This document shows positions 12,930 to 23,723 of a DNA stretch of 64,000 nucleotides, piece by piece. The stretch is taken from NCBI RefSeq assembly GCF_932526225.1, contig NC_064047.1:1689027-1753026 (forward strand), given 5' to 3'. The stretch comes from Nematostella vectensis. Taxonomy: Eukaryota. A program made the translations under genes and the position numbers. Every line of letters starts with the position of its first letter. The stretch's first letter is position 1. Under the pieces are notes generated by a model that had not been told where the DNA came from, did not search any database, and saw only the letters and a program-made list of their open reading frames with translations.

Positions 12930-13700
12930 ACCACCGTTAGCAATTTATTTACCCCATCCTTGTCACCCACCAATCATAACATTATCATCACCAATTAATT
13001 CACCTCATCCTTGTCACCCACCAATCATAACATAATCATCACCAATAAATTCACCTCATCCTTGTCACCCACCAATCATAACATAATCATCACCAATAAA
13101 TTCACCTCATCCTTTTGCCCATCAATCATAGCATAATCATCACCAACTAATTTATCTCATCCTTGTCACCAACCAATCATAACATTATCATCACCAATTA
13201 ATTTATCTCATCCTTTTGCCCATCAATCATAACATAATCATCACCAATATATTTACCCCATCCTTGTCACCCACCAATCATAACATTATCATCACCAATT
13301 AATTTATCTCATCCTTTTGCCCATCAATCATAACATAATCATCACCAATATATTTACCCCATCCTTGTCACCAACCAATCATAACATTATCATCACCAAT
13401 TAATTTATCTCATCCTTTTGCCCATCAATCATAACATAATCATCACCAATATATTTACCCCATCCTTGTTGCCGATCAATCATAACACCATCATCAATTA
13501 TTTTACCCCATCCTTGTCACCCATCAATCATAACATAATCATCACCAATTAATTTACCCCACCCTTGTCCCGTAACAATCATAACACCATTACCAATTAA
13601 TTTACCCCATCCTTGTCCCTTAACAGTCATAACACCATTACCAATTAATTTACCCCATCCTTGTCACCCACCAATCATAACATCATCATCACCAGTTATT
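12930..13700. repeat. Minisatellite of about 56-60 bp, about 13 copies, in REPS1 intron 6 (catccttgtcacccaccaatcataacataatcatcaccaat...)
   Basis: Regular recurrence of ccatccttgtcaccc / ccatccttttgccc units. Confidence 0.85.
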
Positions 13701-13862
13701 TTACTCCATCCTTGTCATTCATTGTCTTCTGTAAGTACCCCTGTGTAAATGCAACTTCACCCATGTGTCTTGTTCCTATGGATTCAAGAGGAGCAAAATC
13801 ATGTATTGGAGCCCCAACTTTAGGCAATGACCACTTAGGTTGTTTGTCCTATTCATTTTCAG

Positions 13863-13926
13863 GTCCTAAAGCAAGAGATTTCTTCTTGAAATCTAACTTG
13901 CCGACCGAAACTTTATCCAAGATATG
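13863..13926 (+). CDS. REPS1: REPS1-like exon 7 (EH domain: PKARDFFLKSNLPTETLSKIW)
   Basis: Acceptor ttttcag|gt, donor atatg|gtatgt. Matches [21 protein letters not shown]. Confidence 0.85.
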
Positions 13927-14435
13927 GTATGTTATTACAAAACATGCTATGTGCTCCTTAAAGACTATCCTTCAGTCATTTCTCAGGGCCGTCATAGCAA
14001 GGGGTGGGGCATTGGGGACACATGCCCCCCCCCCTCCCCCAATGTTTTCAAAAAGTATAAGGAAATGACCAGTACTTTTACTCAAACAGTTTCCTATGAG
14101 GGAAACAAAAACAAAAACAAAAACAGTTTCTGATCACATTTTGTTTTATATTTTTAGCAATTTTATTAAGCTCTTGTAAAGTTTCATTCCAGCTTTGAAT
14201 TCCACTATGCCATGTGTAATCACTGAAGAAACTTGAATGTAATACAAATTCCAGCTTTCTGTTCTGATCATCATTCTCTATTCAATTCTCAATTCTTTTA
14301 AAGTACACCTTAAGTAAACAAGAAGCGAAAAAATCTCAAAATCTCTCTCATTGCAGCTAGCGTTTACCATTTCCTTGTTATTTTGTTTGACTCTGGGCTA
14401 CCTTGACCAATAATCTTTCCTTGTCTGTTCTCCAG

Positions 14436-14587
14436 GCACCTTTCAGATATCAATAAAGACAATGCACTTCACCTGGAGGAGTTTTGTATAGCAATGCATC
14501 TGGTAGTTGCTATAAGACATGGGCTGGACCTGCCCCCAACACTACCCCCAACGTTACTGAACTTTAGGGCCAGCGAGGAAGAGGAAG
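14436..14587 (+). CDS. REPS1: REPS1-like exon 8 (EH domain EF-hand: [38 protein letters not shown]...)
   Basis: Acceptor ttctccag|g, donor gaag|gtaagg. Matches [37 protein letters not shown]. Confidence 0.85.
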
Positions 14588-14812
14588 GTAAGGAGAATAT
14601 CAGCTCAACTGGTCTCCTACAGTATAATTATTCACATTACTCAACTTTAGGGCCAGCGAGGAAGAGGGAGGGAGAAAGAAAATATCAGCTCAACAGGTCT
14701 CCTACAGTATAATTATTCACATTACTCAACTTTAGGGCCAGTGAGGAAGAGGGAGGTAAAGAGAATATCAGCTCAACAGGTCTCCTACAGTATAATTATT
14801 CACAGATTACCC
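14553..14812. repeat. 84-bp tandem repeat, 3 copies, duplicating the REPS1 exon 8 3' end plus donor (gaggaag|gtaagg)
   Basis: ctttagggccagcgaggaagagg(a)aggtaa(g/a)gagaatatcagctcaac.ggtctcctacagtataattattcaca appears three times. Confidence 0.85.
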
Positions 14813-15225
14813 CAAAGTGTGTTATAGACAAAAATATGAAATACAATACACATAACCCAATGATACAGGGAAAAAAGCAAATATGTGCGAAGTCCTGCTT
14901 CACAGCTAGACATTGGAAATACATAGCTAAAATGTATGCACATATCAATATTTAATCCATGAGATGCTTGCTTTCACCACTTAAAATATCAGAACTGTTG
15001 ATGAATGTATAATATGCTTAATATGGTTTTATTTTGATTTTAAACATAGGTGTATCAATGATTATTTTCTGTTTGTAAAAGTGCACTGTTGTTATTTTGC
15101 CGCCAAAAGATGAAGTGTGTACATGTTCGCCACCCAAAAAGTCATTGATTTCTCAGTGCAAGTCCCCTATTTCACTACTTCCTATACCCAGTCTATTGAT
15201 TGGTGCTGTTCTTTGTTAATGTCAG

Positions 15226-15314
15226 ATCCATTCAATGTTTCCATGACAGCAGCCCCAACGTCACCAAGGCAAAAAGAGAACAGTGTTGGGGAACACATAG
15301 AGGCTTCAATTGAG
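15226..15314 (+). CDS. REPS1: REPS1-like exon 9 (DPFNVSMTAAPTSPRQKENSVGEHIEASIE)
   Basis: Acceptor atgtcag|at, donor attgag|gtatgg. The phase 1-in and phase 0-out requirement is satisfied and links exon 8 to exon 10. Confidence 0.7.
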
Positions 15315-15877
15315 GTATGGGATGCCTGTGGTGCACAACTTTTCAAATCAGTCATGCCTTCTTGCATAGTTTGATTCTTCTTGGACCGATTTTGTTTTAG
15401 AATGAATTAGATTTAACTGTTTAAGTGATTTTAGTTTCTGGAATAGAATAGGGTGTCATAACATGAGAACTGGAGAAGAGTTACCACAGAAAGCTTACAG
15501 CTTAAACCATGGTTGTATACCTCAAGTGAACAAGCTCAGATTCAGGACATTGGCAATCAAATGTCCTTCAATAACTATAAAAAGTGTATTCTAATTTAAT
15601 TGTAGAATTGTGTCTTGGCTCTTAGTGATGGAAATTTTAATCATACTCCTCTGTCAAATCAATATCAGAAAAGTTACAAAATAACACTTCACATCCTATT
15701 ACTTTTTCAAGACTCTGCATTAAATAACAAAAACCTGATAGTTATAGATCTTAGCTATGTGCTTCCCTTTCTTTGTGAAGAGTTTGCAACCCATCCACGT
15801 TATTCCCCCTTTGTTAAGGTCACATATTTGTACTAAATATGTAATAAATAGTTTAACCAATTTGCATCATTTTGCAG

Positions 15878-16652
15878 GAACAGTCTCACTCCCCTCGTTC
15901 AGCCTCACTCAAAAGGGAACACAACCGACGGCAAGATTTATCTCGGCCGCGCTCCCTCTCAGACCCAAACTACACAGAGGAGCCTCATGACCATTCAAGG
16001 AAAATCTCCAGCCCCGTCCCACCAACCTCTGGTACAACTCAACCGGAGGGTGCTTCAGCAATAGTCCCACCTCTTCCGCTAAGCCCCGGTCCACACATAG
16101 GCATAGAGAGACCAAGAGCATCAGCAAAGATCTCCCTCCTGGATAGTGCACCAGGCCAGCTGCTGCCACCACCGTCTGGGAAGTTTGCGCGTGAGGCCAT
16201 CAAAGAGTCAGACTCAGACTCTGATACCTCTGACAGCTCACCCCCAACATCACCCACACAACAGAGCCCTCTTGAGACCACGCCTGTTTTGCCGCTACCA
16301 GAGAAAGTCACCCCAGAGCCTGGTACAACAACACCACCCTCGCCGCCTCCTGACTCCCCGAAGAGTGTGGCACCTCCTGCGCTAAGGTCCACTGCAGAGA
16401 AGGTGGTCATGAGACAACAACGCAAGAGTGGAGAGAGACCACGATCAGCTGGTGATGTCAATCATATTGTCCCAATGGATGATAGCACCCCTGGGTCGAC
16501 CACGCCTAGTGATGGTAGCCAGGGGTCCCACGGCCAGAAGGACCCACCTCCACCACCTCCTCCCAGGAACAAGAGGGGTCACTCTAGGTCCTCATCACTT
16601 GACCTCAATAAGCTATTTGCTGCTAAAGCCAAGGAGGCGAAGGAGAACAGAG
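15878..16652 (+). CDS. REPS1: REPS1-like exon 10 (large Ser/Pro-rich exon, contains [25 protein letters not shown])
   Basis: Acceptor ttttgcag|gaa, donor acagag|gtttgc, phase 0 in and phase 1 out. ORF track 15872..16786. Matches human [24 protein letters not shown]. Confidence 0.85.
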
Positions 16653-16845
16653 GTTTGCTCAATAAACCATTACGTATTTCGTTTATGTTTTTTTTTGCCC
16701 CATGTCACACCGTTGTGCAACTAGATCTTTCTTTGATTTACTATGTGATTCGGCGGTCAAGCTTAAATGAACTTTATTTACTGTAGACTGACCGATTTAA
16801 TGTAACACAATGTAACACCAAGTCTTCTTGGTTATATTTCCGCAG

Positions 16846-16886
16846 CTGCAAGCACATCCTCTCCAACGTCCAGTCACTCGAGCCAG
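16846..16886 (+). CDS. REPS1: REPS1-like exon 11 (micro-exon AASTSSPTSSHSSQ)
   Basis: Acceptor ttccgcag|ct, donor gccag|gtaatg. Only this phase fits between exons 10 and 12. Confidence 0.6.
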
Positions 16887-17298
16887 GTAATGCAAGACTT
16901 TCGATAATGGTTTCAATCACCATCAAATGGCAATGTATTTGAAATTTGTCCAAACAACAGAGGTACTTAGGCTCTACAAACCTTAGGCCTAGTTTAGAAG
17001 CTGTTCTTTTCATATGCCTTTCCAGATGTACAGTATGTACGTGCTTTGGACTTTGTTTATTTGCATATATTTGCATTTGAAACGGCATCCAAACTATACC
17101 TTAGAGGAATTCTTTGCTAGCTCATGTACAGACATGCACGCCATAAACACTGAAAATATCAAGTAAGTGTGTAGCCTTCAAGCCCCCTGTACAGTTATTA
17201 AAAAGATGGGGCCCAATTCAAATGGTACGTAGATGAGGGGTTGTTACAATGTCTACTGCATTGATATGATAGGCTCGTCTCATATCATTTGCTTACAG

Positions 17299-17529
17299 AA
17301 CAGTGAGACAGTACTTGCTGAAAGACCCGACACCTCACAGAAACATGAACCCAAAGGGGGGGCATCCGAGGAGACCCCACGCTCACCAGTACAGGCATCA
17401 GAAGAGCAGAATTTTGCCGATTTTAGCCGATTTGATAGTTTTGTTAACGCTCAGTCCAGCGATGGCACGTCTTCTGGTCAGAGCATGGTGAGATCTCACC
17501 GGCGGTCACAGTCACTTGATCAGAATCTG
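17299..17529 (+). CDS. REPS1: REPS1-like exon 12 (contains EQNFADFSRFDSF motif)
   Basis: Acceptor cttacag|aac, donor aatctg|gtaggt, phase 0-0. ORF track 17233..17571. Matches human EQPNFADFSQFEVF. Confidence 0.8.
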
Positions 17530-17860
17530 GTAGGTGTGGCCCCTTTATCTAGACTGACTCTATACAGCTAGGGAGCTGCAATGGGGGGAATGCGGATAGG
17601 AATTGAATGAGATAGGTGTGGAATTATTAAAATATGTGTAACGACCTGTGGTTTTACGTTTTGGACTATTGACTAGGTCACAACAGGAACATAAGCTGGG
17701 GCTTTCACTTTGATGGACTAATCTATTATGATTTGAACTAATATATTATTCGACCCTCCCCCTAAAGAGGTGGGTCTTGGCCATTCTGAGCCCGGTCCAC
17801 TGGATTTTGTAATTATTAACAACATGAAAAAAATATATACTAACATGTTGTTATTTCTAG

Positions 17861-17900
17861 GATTTCATACCCAAGCAACCAAGGAAAAACACTTTCGAAG
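17861..17900 (+). CDS. REPS1: REPS1-like exon 13 (DFIPKQPRKNTFE)
   Basis: Acceptor tttctag|gat, donor gaag|gtatgt, ends phase 1. Confidence 0.6.
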
Positions 17901-18017
17901 GTATGTATTTGCCATGCATGCATGTTTAGATATGTATGTTCTTAATTCTAATAACTACTGTTCTTTCCCTTTACTAAACATGGCTTGATCGTCACTTTTT
18001 GCAATATGTTTTTGCAG

Positions 18018-18073
18018 GGAGCACTTCCCCTCGCGGAAACCAAGAAGCTTTACCTCGCCCTGTGCCCAGAGTG
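18018..18073 (+). CDS. REPS1: REPS1-like exon 14
   Basis: Acceptor ttttgcag|gg, donor gagtg|gtaggt. Phase 1 in, phase 0 out. Confidence 0.6.
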
Positions 18074-18538
18074 GTAGGTAGTCTAGTGCAGTCTCATGAA
18101 CACCACTGTGTTCAGGGGCGTAGCCAGGGGGCCCAGCAGCCAAAAATACAGTAAATGTATGAGGCATAATCTGTAATGCAGGAAAAAATGACTTGAAAGG
18201 ACCTTCCAGAATCCAAAAGTCCAATCATGTGACCATTTTATGCTCCCGCTCAGTGCAAAGTCACACAAAGCATCCATTTCCATCTTCTAATTCAAGCGAG
18301 TAACCAATTAAAAATCGTTAATAACTTCTAAGACTTCATTCGTAGATTGTTATTTTGAAGTTTCCTTGTGAATTAACCGTTGTATTTTTAATTATAAACA
18401 ATAGCAAAGGAGTGGTTGATCGATGTTTTTTAATACGTTATCTTGGCATAATCTTTGGAGCTTGTGTCATACAAACATTTCAACTGACCATAATTAGCAA
18501 GAAGGGGTGACTAAGACAATGGCCTAACCTCATGAAAA

Positions 18539-18838
18539 CACAGGTAGCCCAGGCTCACGGCGAGTGTAGGTTTATTACAGAGTTTGTATGAGCAAAAAAT
18601 TCGTGTAATTTGGCGATTGTCGGAGTTTGCAACCTTGTCTATTTTATATACAGAAGGCGACGGGAAAAAATTTCAGTGGCTAAAACAGCTTAAAATGGCA
18701 AATAATGGCGGGATTGAGCAGCAGCAACGTTCAAACTACTGTTTTATTTTCAATTCATAATATTTATTTCAACGAATTTTTTGCTCAAACAAACTCTGTA
18801 ATAAACCTACACTCCCCGTGATCCTGGACTACCTGTGA
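18539..18838. mobile_element. MITE-like element with about 55-bp terminal inverted repeats (cacaggtagcccaggctcacggcgagtgtaggtttattacagagtttgtatgagc) in REPS1 intron 14. A second copy lies at 39168-39383.
   Basis: Inverted ends at 18539-18600 and 18770-18838. The related copy is in F-box gene intron 1. Confidence 0.6.
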
Positions 18839-18876
18839 TGAAAACACTCTATTACTTTGATATGGTATTCTTACAG

Positions 18877-18992
18877 AAACCAGCAAGCCCACCTCCTGTT
18901 AAGCTGACAATTCGAAGACCTGATCGCAGCAGTGAAAAAGACAAAGAGAAAGAGAGAAAGCTCAACACAGAACCCCCAAAAGTCGTCGTCAA
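18877..18992 (+). CDS. REPS1: REPS1-like exon 15 (KPASPPPVKLTIRRPDRSSEKDKEKERKLNTEPPKVVV)
   Basis: Acceptor tcttacag|aaa, donor tcaa|gtatgt, ends phase 2. ORF track 18835..19041 reads on into the intron. Confidence 0.7.
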
Positions 18993-19081
18993 GTATGTAG
19001 AATTTCCTTTGAAAGTCCCATGCAAAGCAGAAATTAGTTAACCCTTGATCTGTTAGTAGAAAAAGGGTTTCCCATCCCTTT

Positions 19082-19410
19082 ACCACAATCTATATATCTG
19101 TCAGTATAACGGAGGGCTTTCCAATCCTACCCACTTTACCAGGATCCATACATCTGTCAGTAGAACAAAGGGCTTTCCCATCCCACCCACTTTACCAGGA
19201 TCCATACATTTGTCAGTAGAACCAAGGGCTTTCCCATCCCACCCACTTTACCAGGATCCATACATCTGTCAGTAGAACAAAGGGCTTTCCCATCCCACCC
19301 ACTTTACCAGGATCCATACATCTGTCAGTAGAACAAAGGGCTTTTCCATCCCACCCACTTTACCAGGATCCATACATCTGTCGGTATAACGAAGGGTTTT
19401 CCCATCCCAC
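19082..19410. repeat. 57-bp minisatellite, about 6 copies (ggctttcccatcccacccactttaccaggatccatacatctgtcagtagaacaaag)
   Basis: Direct tandem copies in REPS1 intron 15. Confidence 0.85.
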
Positions 19411-19556
19411 CCACATAATCACAACCATTGATCTGTTGAATGAAGGACGTATACGTATTAGGTTTGGTTCGCCCAATTGTGCCAAAAGTGCATCGATCAA
19501 CGTGAAAGAAATACTCAAATTATTTTATCTAATTATCCTTTAGGCCTCTAACGAAG

Positions 19557-19650
19557 GAGAGCAAGCTCCAAACGTCGATTCGTGACCTAAAGGAGAAGAA
19601 CCTGGCTCTGTCACGGCTAAACAGCGAGCTGCAGCAAGAGGTTAAACAAG
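19557..19650 (+). CDS. REPS1: REPS1-like exon 16 (coiled coil [32 protein letters not shown]). Acceptor ambiguous (19556/19557 or 19559/19560).
   Basis: Donor aaacaa|gtgagt at 19650/19651. Matches human REPS1 C-terminus [21 protein letters not shown]. The first AG, at 19542-43, would give an in-frame stop. Confidence 0.65.
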
Positions 19651-20155
19651 TGAGTCACGCAAGAGATGTCACGCAGTACTCACTTACCGTCACGCTTAAA
19701 TATCGAGCTACATCGAGCTCAAACAAGTCACGAAATGAGTCACGCATTACACACTTACCGTCACGCTTAAATATCGAGCTACATCGAGCTCAAACAAGTC
19801 ACGAAATGAGTCACGCATTACACACTTACCGTCACGCTTAAATATCGAGCTACATCGAGCTCAAACAAGCCACGAAATGAGTCACGCATTACATTCAAAC
19901 AAGTAACGAAATGTGTCATGCATTACAAACTTACCGTCACGCTCGAACACGGTCTCCATCGAGCTCAAACAAGTCACGATATGCGTCATGCATTACACAC
20001 TTACCGTCACGCTTAAATATCGATCTACATCGAGGTCAAACAAGTCACGAAATGAGTCACGCATTATACACACTTACCGTCACGCTTAAATATCGAGCTC
20101 CAACGAGCTCAAACAAGTCACGAAATGAGTCACGCATTACACACTTTCCGTTGTA
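19651..20155. repeat. Minisatellite of about 71 bp, about 7 copies, beginning at the REPS1 exon 16 donor. Units retain an aaacaa|gtcacg pseudo-donor.
   Basis: Unit cttaccgtcacgcttaaatatcgagctacatcgagctcaaacaagtcacgaaatgagtcacgcattacaca. The first unit is continuous with the exon end aaacaa|gtgagtcacgca. Confidence 0.85.
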
Positions 20156-20351
20156 AGAAAAGTAAAATTAGGTTTCTTCTTTTCGCAACAATGCGAGAAA
20201 AATTGCCATATGTATCATCTCTCTGCAACCTGCAATTATTTTGCTTTGTTTTCGTCAATCGTTTCATTGCAAGTTGCAGGAAAAGTTTCCTCGTGTGACA
20301 TGGCCGCCTTCACATGCATGCGCAAGCTCAAGACGTCTTGTATCTTTGCAG

Positions 20352-20417
20352 GTTATGGAATGGAGGATAGCTCTAGAGCTGAAGCTTGAACGCCTCAAGC
20401 CATTCAACCCCAAATAA
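20352..20417 (+). CDS. REPS1: REPS1-like terminal exon 17 (VMEWRIALELKLERLKPFNPK*), stop TAA 20415-20417
   Basis: Acceptor ctttgcag|gtt. Matches human [20 protein letters not shown]. Confidence 0.8.
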   Translation, partial: VMEWRIALELKLERLKPFNPK

Positions 20418-20663
20418 GCACCGGCAAGCACTCACATAAACCCGGGTGTTTTGCGGGCTTGCTGTGGTATCTTCCAGAGCTTACCCGAGGGGATCAGTTA
20501 CCATGGAGACAAGGAGCAGCTATTCTTAACTGCGTCTTGTTGCCGTATCGTAAATACAGATAAAACATATAGATATAGTACATACAAGTAATTTTTAAGG
20601 TGAGCAAAGCCGAACGGCAATTTATAGTGGGTAAGAGTTTGCCTAAAAATTAAATACTAGAAA

Positions 20664-20669
20664 AATAAA
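20664..20669 (+). promoter_or_regulatory. Candidate polyadenylation signal AATAAA for the REPS1-like gene
   Basis: AATAAA about 250 nt downstream of the stop codon. Confidence 0.3.
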
Positions 20670-20760
20670 GACAGCATTTACAGAAAGAAGTATATAAAGA
20701 CTTATTTTACCATAAGCTTCCTTGCGTTCGTGCTACAATTTGCGCTTTTTGTTGTGTTCT

Positions 20761-21065
20761 AGGTTCAGCCTTAGGGCGCGTTTTTCTATCATTTTGGAAT
20801 GGGAATGGTTGGTAGAGAATGTTCGGAATGGCATTCGAGTCATTCTGCTATATATTATATATATATATATATTATATATATTATATATATAATATATATT
20901 ATATATATATTATATATTGCTATATATTATTAGCAGAATAAGTGGAATGGCCTTCATTCCATTCCGGAATGGGAACGCGCGATAAACGAACGCGCGCTTT
21001 TTCTATTCTAAACATTCTCATTCCGGAATCACAAACGCTAGTAAAAAAACGCGCCCTTAGTGTGA
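20761..21065. mobile_element. MITE-like palindromic element with TIRs cttagggcgcgttttt / aaaaacgcgccctaag and a central (TA/ATATAT)n microsatellite
   Basis: Inverted termini at 20769-20790 and 21040-21060, internal ggaatgg/ccattcc inverted pairs, and a TA-rich core at 20850-20930. Confidence 0.6.
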
Positions 21066-21974
21066 ACGTTTTGTTCTTCGTGTTTTATGGTTGCATCTTT
21101 GCGCATGTTCGTAATATACCCGTGAAAGCGGCAATGTCGGCAGTTTACTCCCGGTCGGTTACGTAACAAATGATTCTCCGATGATTTGTAACGGAAAAAG
21201 TGAAAAATATTTCAAAATTGTTAAAACGTTGTGTCTATGGAAGGTTTCTTCGAGAATGTGGCTGATAATTTAGAGCGGATGGCCTGTTAAATAGCGCGGA
21301 TTCTAATAGATTCTTTTGTCGGTTGGGGGTTCTGTCGCCGTTCGTTCTCCCCCCCCCCCCCCCCCCCCCCCCGAAGTAACCTGGTGCTGCGACTGCCGCA
21401 CGTATGTTTCGTGTGCTCGTGCTTTGTATAGGTTGCTCTACCCATAATGCCTCACATTGTAGCCCTGGGATATATTGGGATACGTTTTTTTTCTTCAAAA
21501 ATACAACCATGTCTTAATTTGGACACTATTTGACATTTCGATAGACACTTTTTGTACAAGGTATAAGGCTTGTTTTTAATCAACAGAGCGAAGCATCATG
21601 GGTAGGGTAATGTTTTGTGTCCAGTCGAGTCTCGTTTAGAGATTCAGATCCAAATAAGGTAACAAAGAGAATCATCTAGAAACATCTAGAAGCGTCTAGA
21701 ACTGCTGTGATAGAGGGAAGTTATGAATTATCCTAAACAGACAACACAGGGACATGAGAGTACCGCCACTTTAGAATTCTTTAGAACGAGGCTGTCCTAA
21801 TTCTGCCCAGCAGCTTATGGCAACATGACTAGTAACAAATCGTAGGCTTATGCTTGTGAGAGGTCTTTCCATCAAGCCAGTCAACATACAAAATAAAGTT
21901 TACCTGTCTCGAGAAGTCCCATGTGTTTAAGTACATGCTCACATGCACTCCATGTCAAACCGTCACTTATGAAA

Positions 21975-22200
21975 CAAGACCGTTTTCACGATGTTGCGCG
22001 CGCATAAAAAAAAATGACGGACTGGCCGGCCACAGCTGATCTTAAATGTGAACTATACAGATGAAGTTATAAAAAATGATGTCAGAGTGCTACCTTTCAC
22101 GGAGTTTTTGGCGTCGAATTTTCTCCCGTCCGCATTTTGGATCCTCTGTGGCCGGCCCATCTATGTAATTGATGCGCGCAACATCGTGAAAACGGTCTTT
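21975..22200. repeat. Nested hairpin or palindromic element (27-bp outer inverted repeat gaccgttttcacgatgttgcgcgcgcat / atgcgcgcaacatcgtgaaaacggtc, with inner ggccggccacag / ctgtggccggcc)
   Basis: Near-perfect inverted repeats at 21978-22005 and 22172-22198. The inner pair lies at about 22026-22037 and 22148-22160. Confidence 0.7.
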
Positions 22201-22420
22201 TGTAACGTTTTTTAAGGCCCCGCATTGGAAACCTGTAGCCAATAGAAGCCGCGTTAGAACTGTCTACTTGGGACGCCTGTGCTTGACTTTGAAATCCATT
22301 GAATAGCACGAAATCGGCTTAAAGGGGCACTTCGACTGTCAATCGTCAATCAGGTCAGTGTCGGGGCGGTGCTATAAAGTAGTGCCATTAAGCAACGAGT
22401 TATGTTTAGTGTCTGTCCAA

Positions 22421-22488
22421 GTCTCTGTGGAACAATCGGCGTTCGGCTGATAACCCAAAGGGTGGTGGTTCAAGCCCAACCAGGGACA
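22421..22488 (+). pseudogene. tRNA-Asn(GTT)-derived pseudogene (D-arm truncated)
   Basis: GTCTCTGTGG...GTTCGGCTGATAACC...GGTGGTTCAAGCCCAACCAGGGACA is close to canonical tRNA-Asn-GTT but lacks TTAGCGC of the D-arm. Confidence 0.5.
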
Positions 22489-22550
22489 CAACATTTATAT
22501 ATTTTACAATACTGCCTTAGCAGAAACGCGTTAAAAGAAGTGTTCGTCAA

Positions 22551-22624
22551 GTCTCTGTGGCGCAATTGGTTAGCGCGCTGGGCTGTTATCCGAGAGGTTG
22601 GTGGTTGAAGTCCACCCAAGGACG
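22551..22624 (+). pseudogene. tRNA-Asn(GTT)-like gene or pseudogene (anticodon GTT present)
   Basis: GTCTCTGTGGCGCAATTGGTTAGCGCG...CTGTTAT...GGTGGTTGAAGTCCACC. It has an anticodon-stem mismatch, a T-loop C56>G and a 1-nt insertion in the acceptor 3' strand. Probably nonfunctional. Confidence 0.5.
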
Positions 22625-23394
22625 AAAAGAGTGTTTTTGAATAATTAAGCAATTCTATTTTTGGCAACGAGATTGAGCAGGGGCGTGTCTAGAGAGAAAC
22701 GAAGGGTGGGGTCCGGAGTCGCAGACCACGGATCTTTTTTTCTGTCGACATCCTTTGCTAATGTACATTAGATCCATCTAGAAACTAATTCGATCTAAAT
22801 GTACACATGTGCATTTATTCAAAATCATCTTAGAGTGGTTTTCAAAATCCCGTGCAACAAAAAATTGTTAAAGTGTAAAAGTCAAGCTAGAACAAAGACA
22901 TTACAGTGTATTAGTACTAAATGAACTAAATAGTATTTCACGGGTTTTTGAAAACCCGTCTATCTACCAACGAAAGTGTCAAACGGTGTGAACTCATTCC
23001 GTCACATCAGCAGGGTGGGGTCCGAACCCCTCTCCCTCCCCCCCTCCCTTCCCCACCCCCCCCCCCCCCCCAACTCTGGACACGTGCCCGAAGAGCAGAT
23101 TCATCATGGTATAACTTTAAAGAGTCTTCCATCTGCGCCTCCAGCAGGTTTTGGAATTTAAAAAAATCTAAAGAAATTACATCTAACCCAATCAATCAAA
23201 CTTCCTTCTAATTTTAATTGCTATATAAATGCTTGAGAATAAAAAAAAATTTCCCTGTACAATGAATGAATCTAATATGCTCTCGTATTCATTTTGAAGG
23301 TCTCCGATTAAGCAAGACCATCGTCTCTAGTTAAATCTGGTATAAGTTATATGATTATCATTATTTTCATCATTTTATTTTAATCAGACTCTTC

Positions 23395-23723
23395 TCATAA
23401 AACTGTTTCTTTTTCTAGATTTTGGAATTGTTTTCTCAACTCTGCCCCAGCCAAGGGTGATCCCTTAGTGTCCATCAGCGGTTGGTTCTCTATTTGACTA
23501 TCACGTGACGAGTACCCTGAGCTACCTGGCCTGGAACAGTCTTGCTTTATCTCGTTCATTTCCGTGATAGAAACAAGGCTTCGCCCATCGAAATGTGAGG
23601 GAAGCAGTTCCCTATGTTTGAGCATGCGTGATACGAGGAACACAAGTATTGATGATGCCACAGCTATTCCCCCAGAGAGATAGAAAGACAAGTCGTAAGA
23701 CCCAAATGCATCGTATAACCACC
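23395..23723 (-). CDS. SLC16/MCT transporter terminal exon (TM11-12 plus C-terminal tail; stop TGA 23397-23395)
   Basis: Minus-strand acceptor ttttttccag|gg. WLYDAFGSYDLSFYLSGGIAVASSIL matches MCT C-terminal TM region. ORF track 23395..23745. Confidence 0.85.

Noticed and set aside
15872-16786. 304-aa ORF taken at face value as one coding unit
   Set aside because: Only 15878-16652 is exon. The ORF head begins at the acceptor and the tail runs into the intron past the donor at 16652/16653.
19542-19544. Using the first AG (ttag|gcc) as the REPS1 exon 16 acceptor
   Set aside because: It places an in-frame TAA at 19549-19551 given exon 15's phase. The downstream acceptors at 19556/19557 or 19559/19560 keep the conserved coiled-coil frame.
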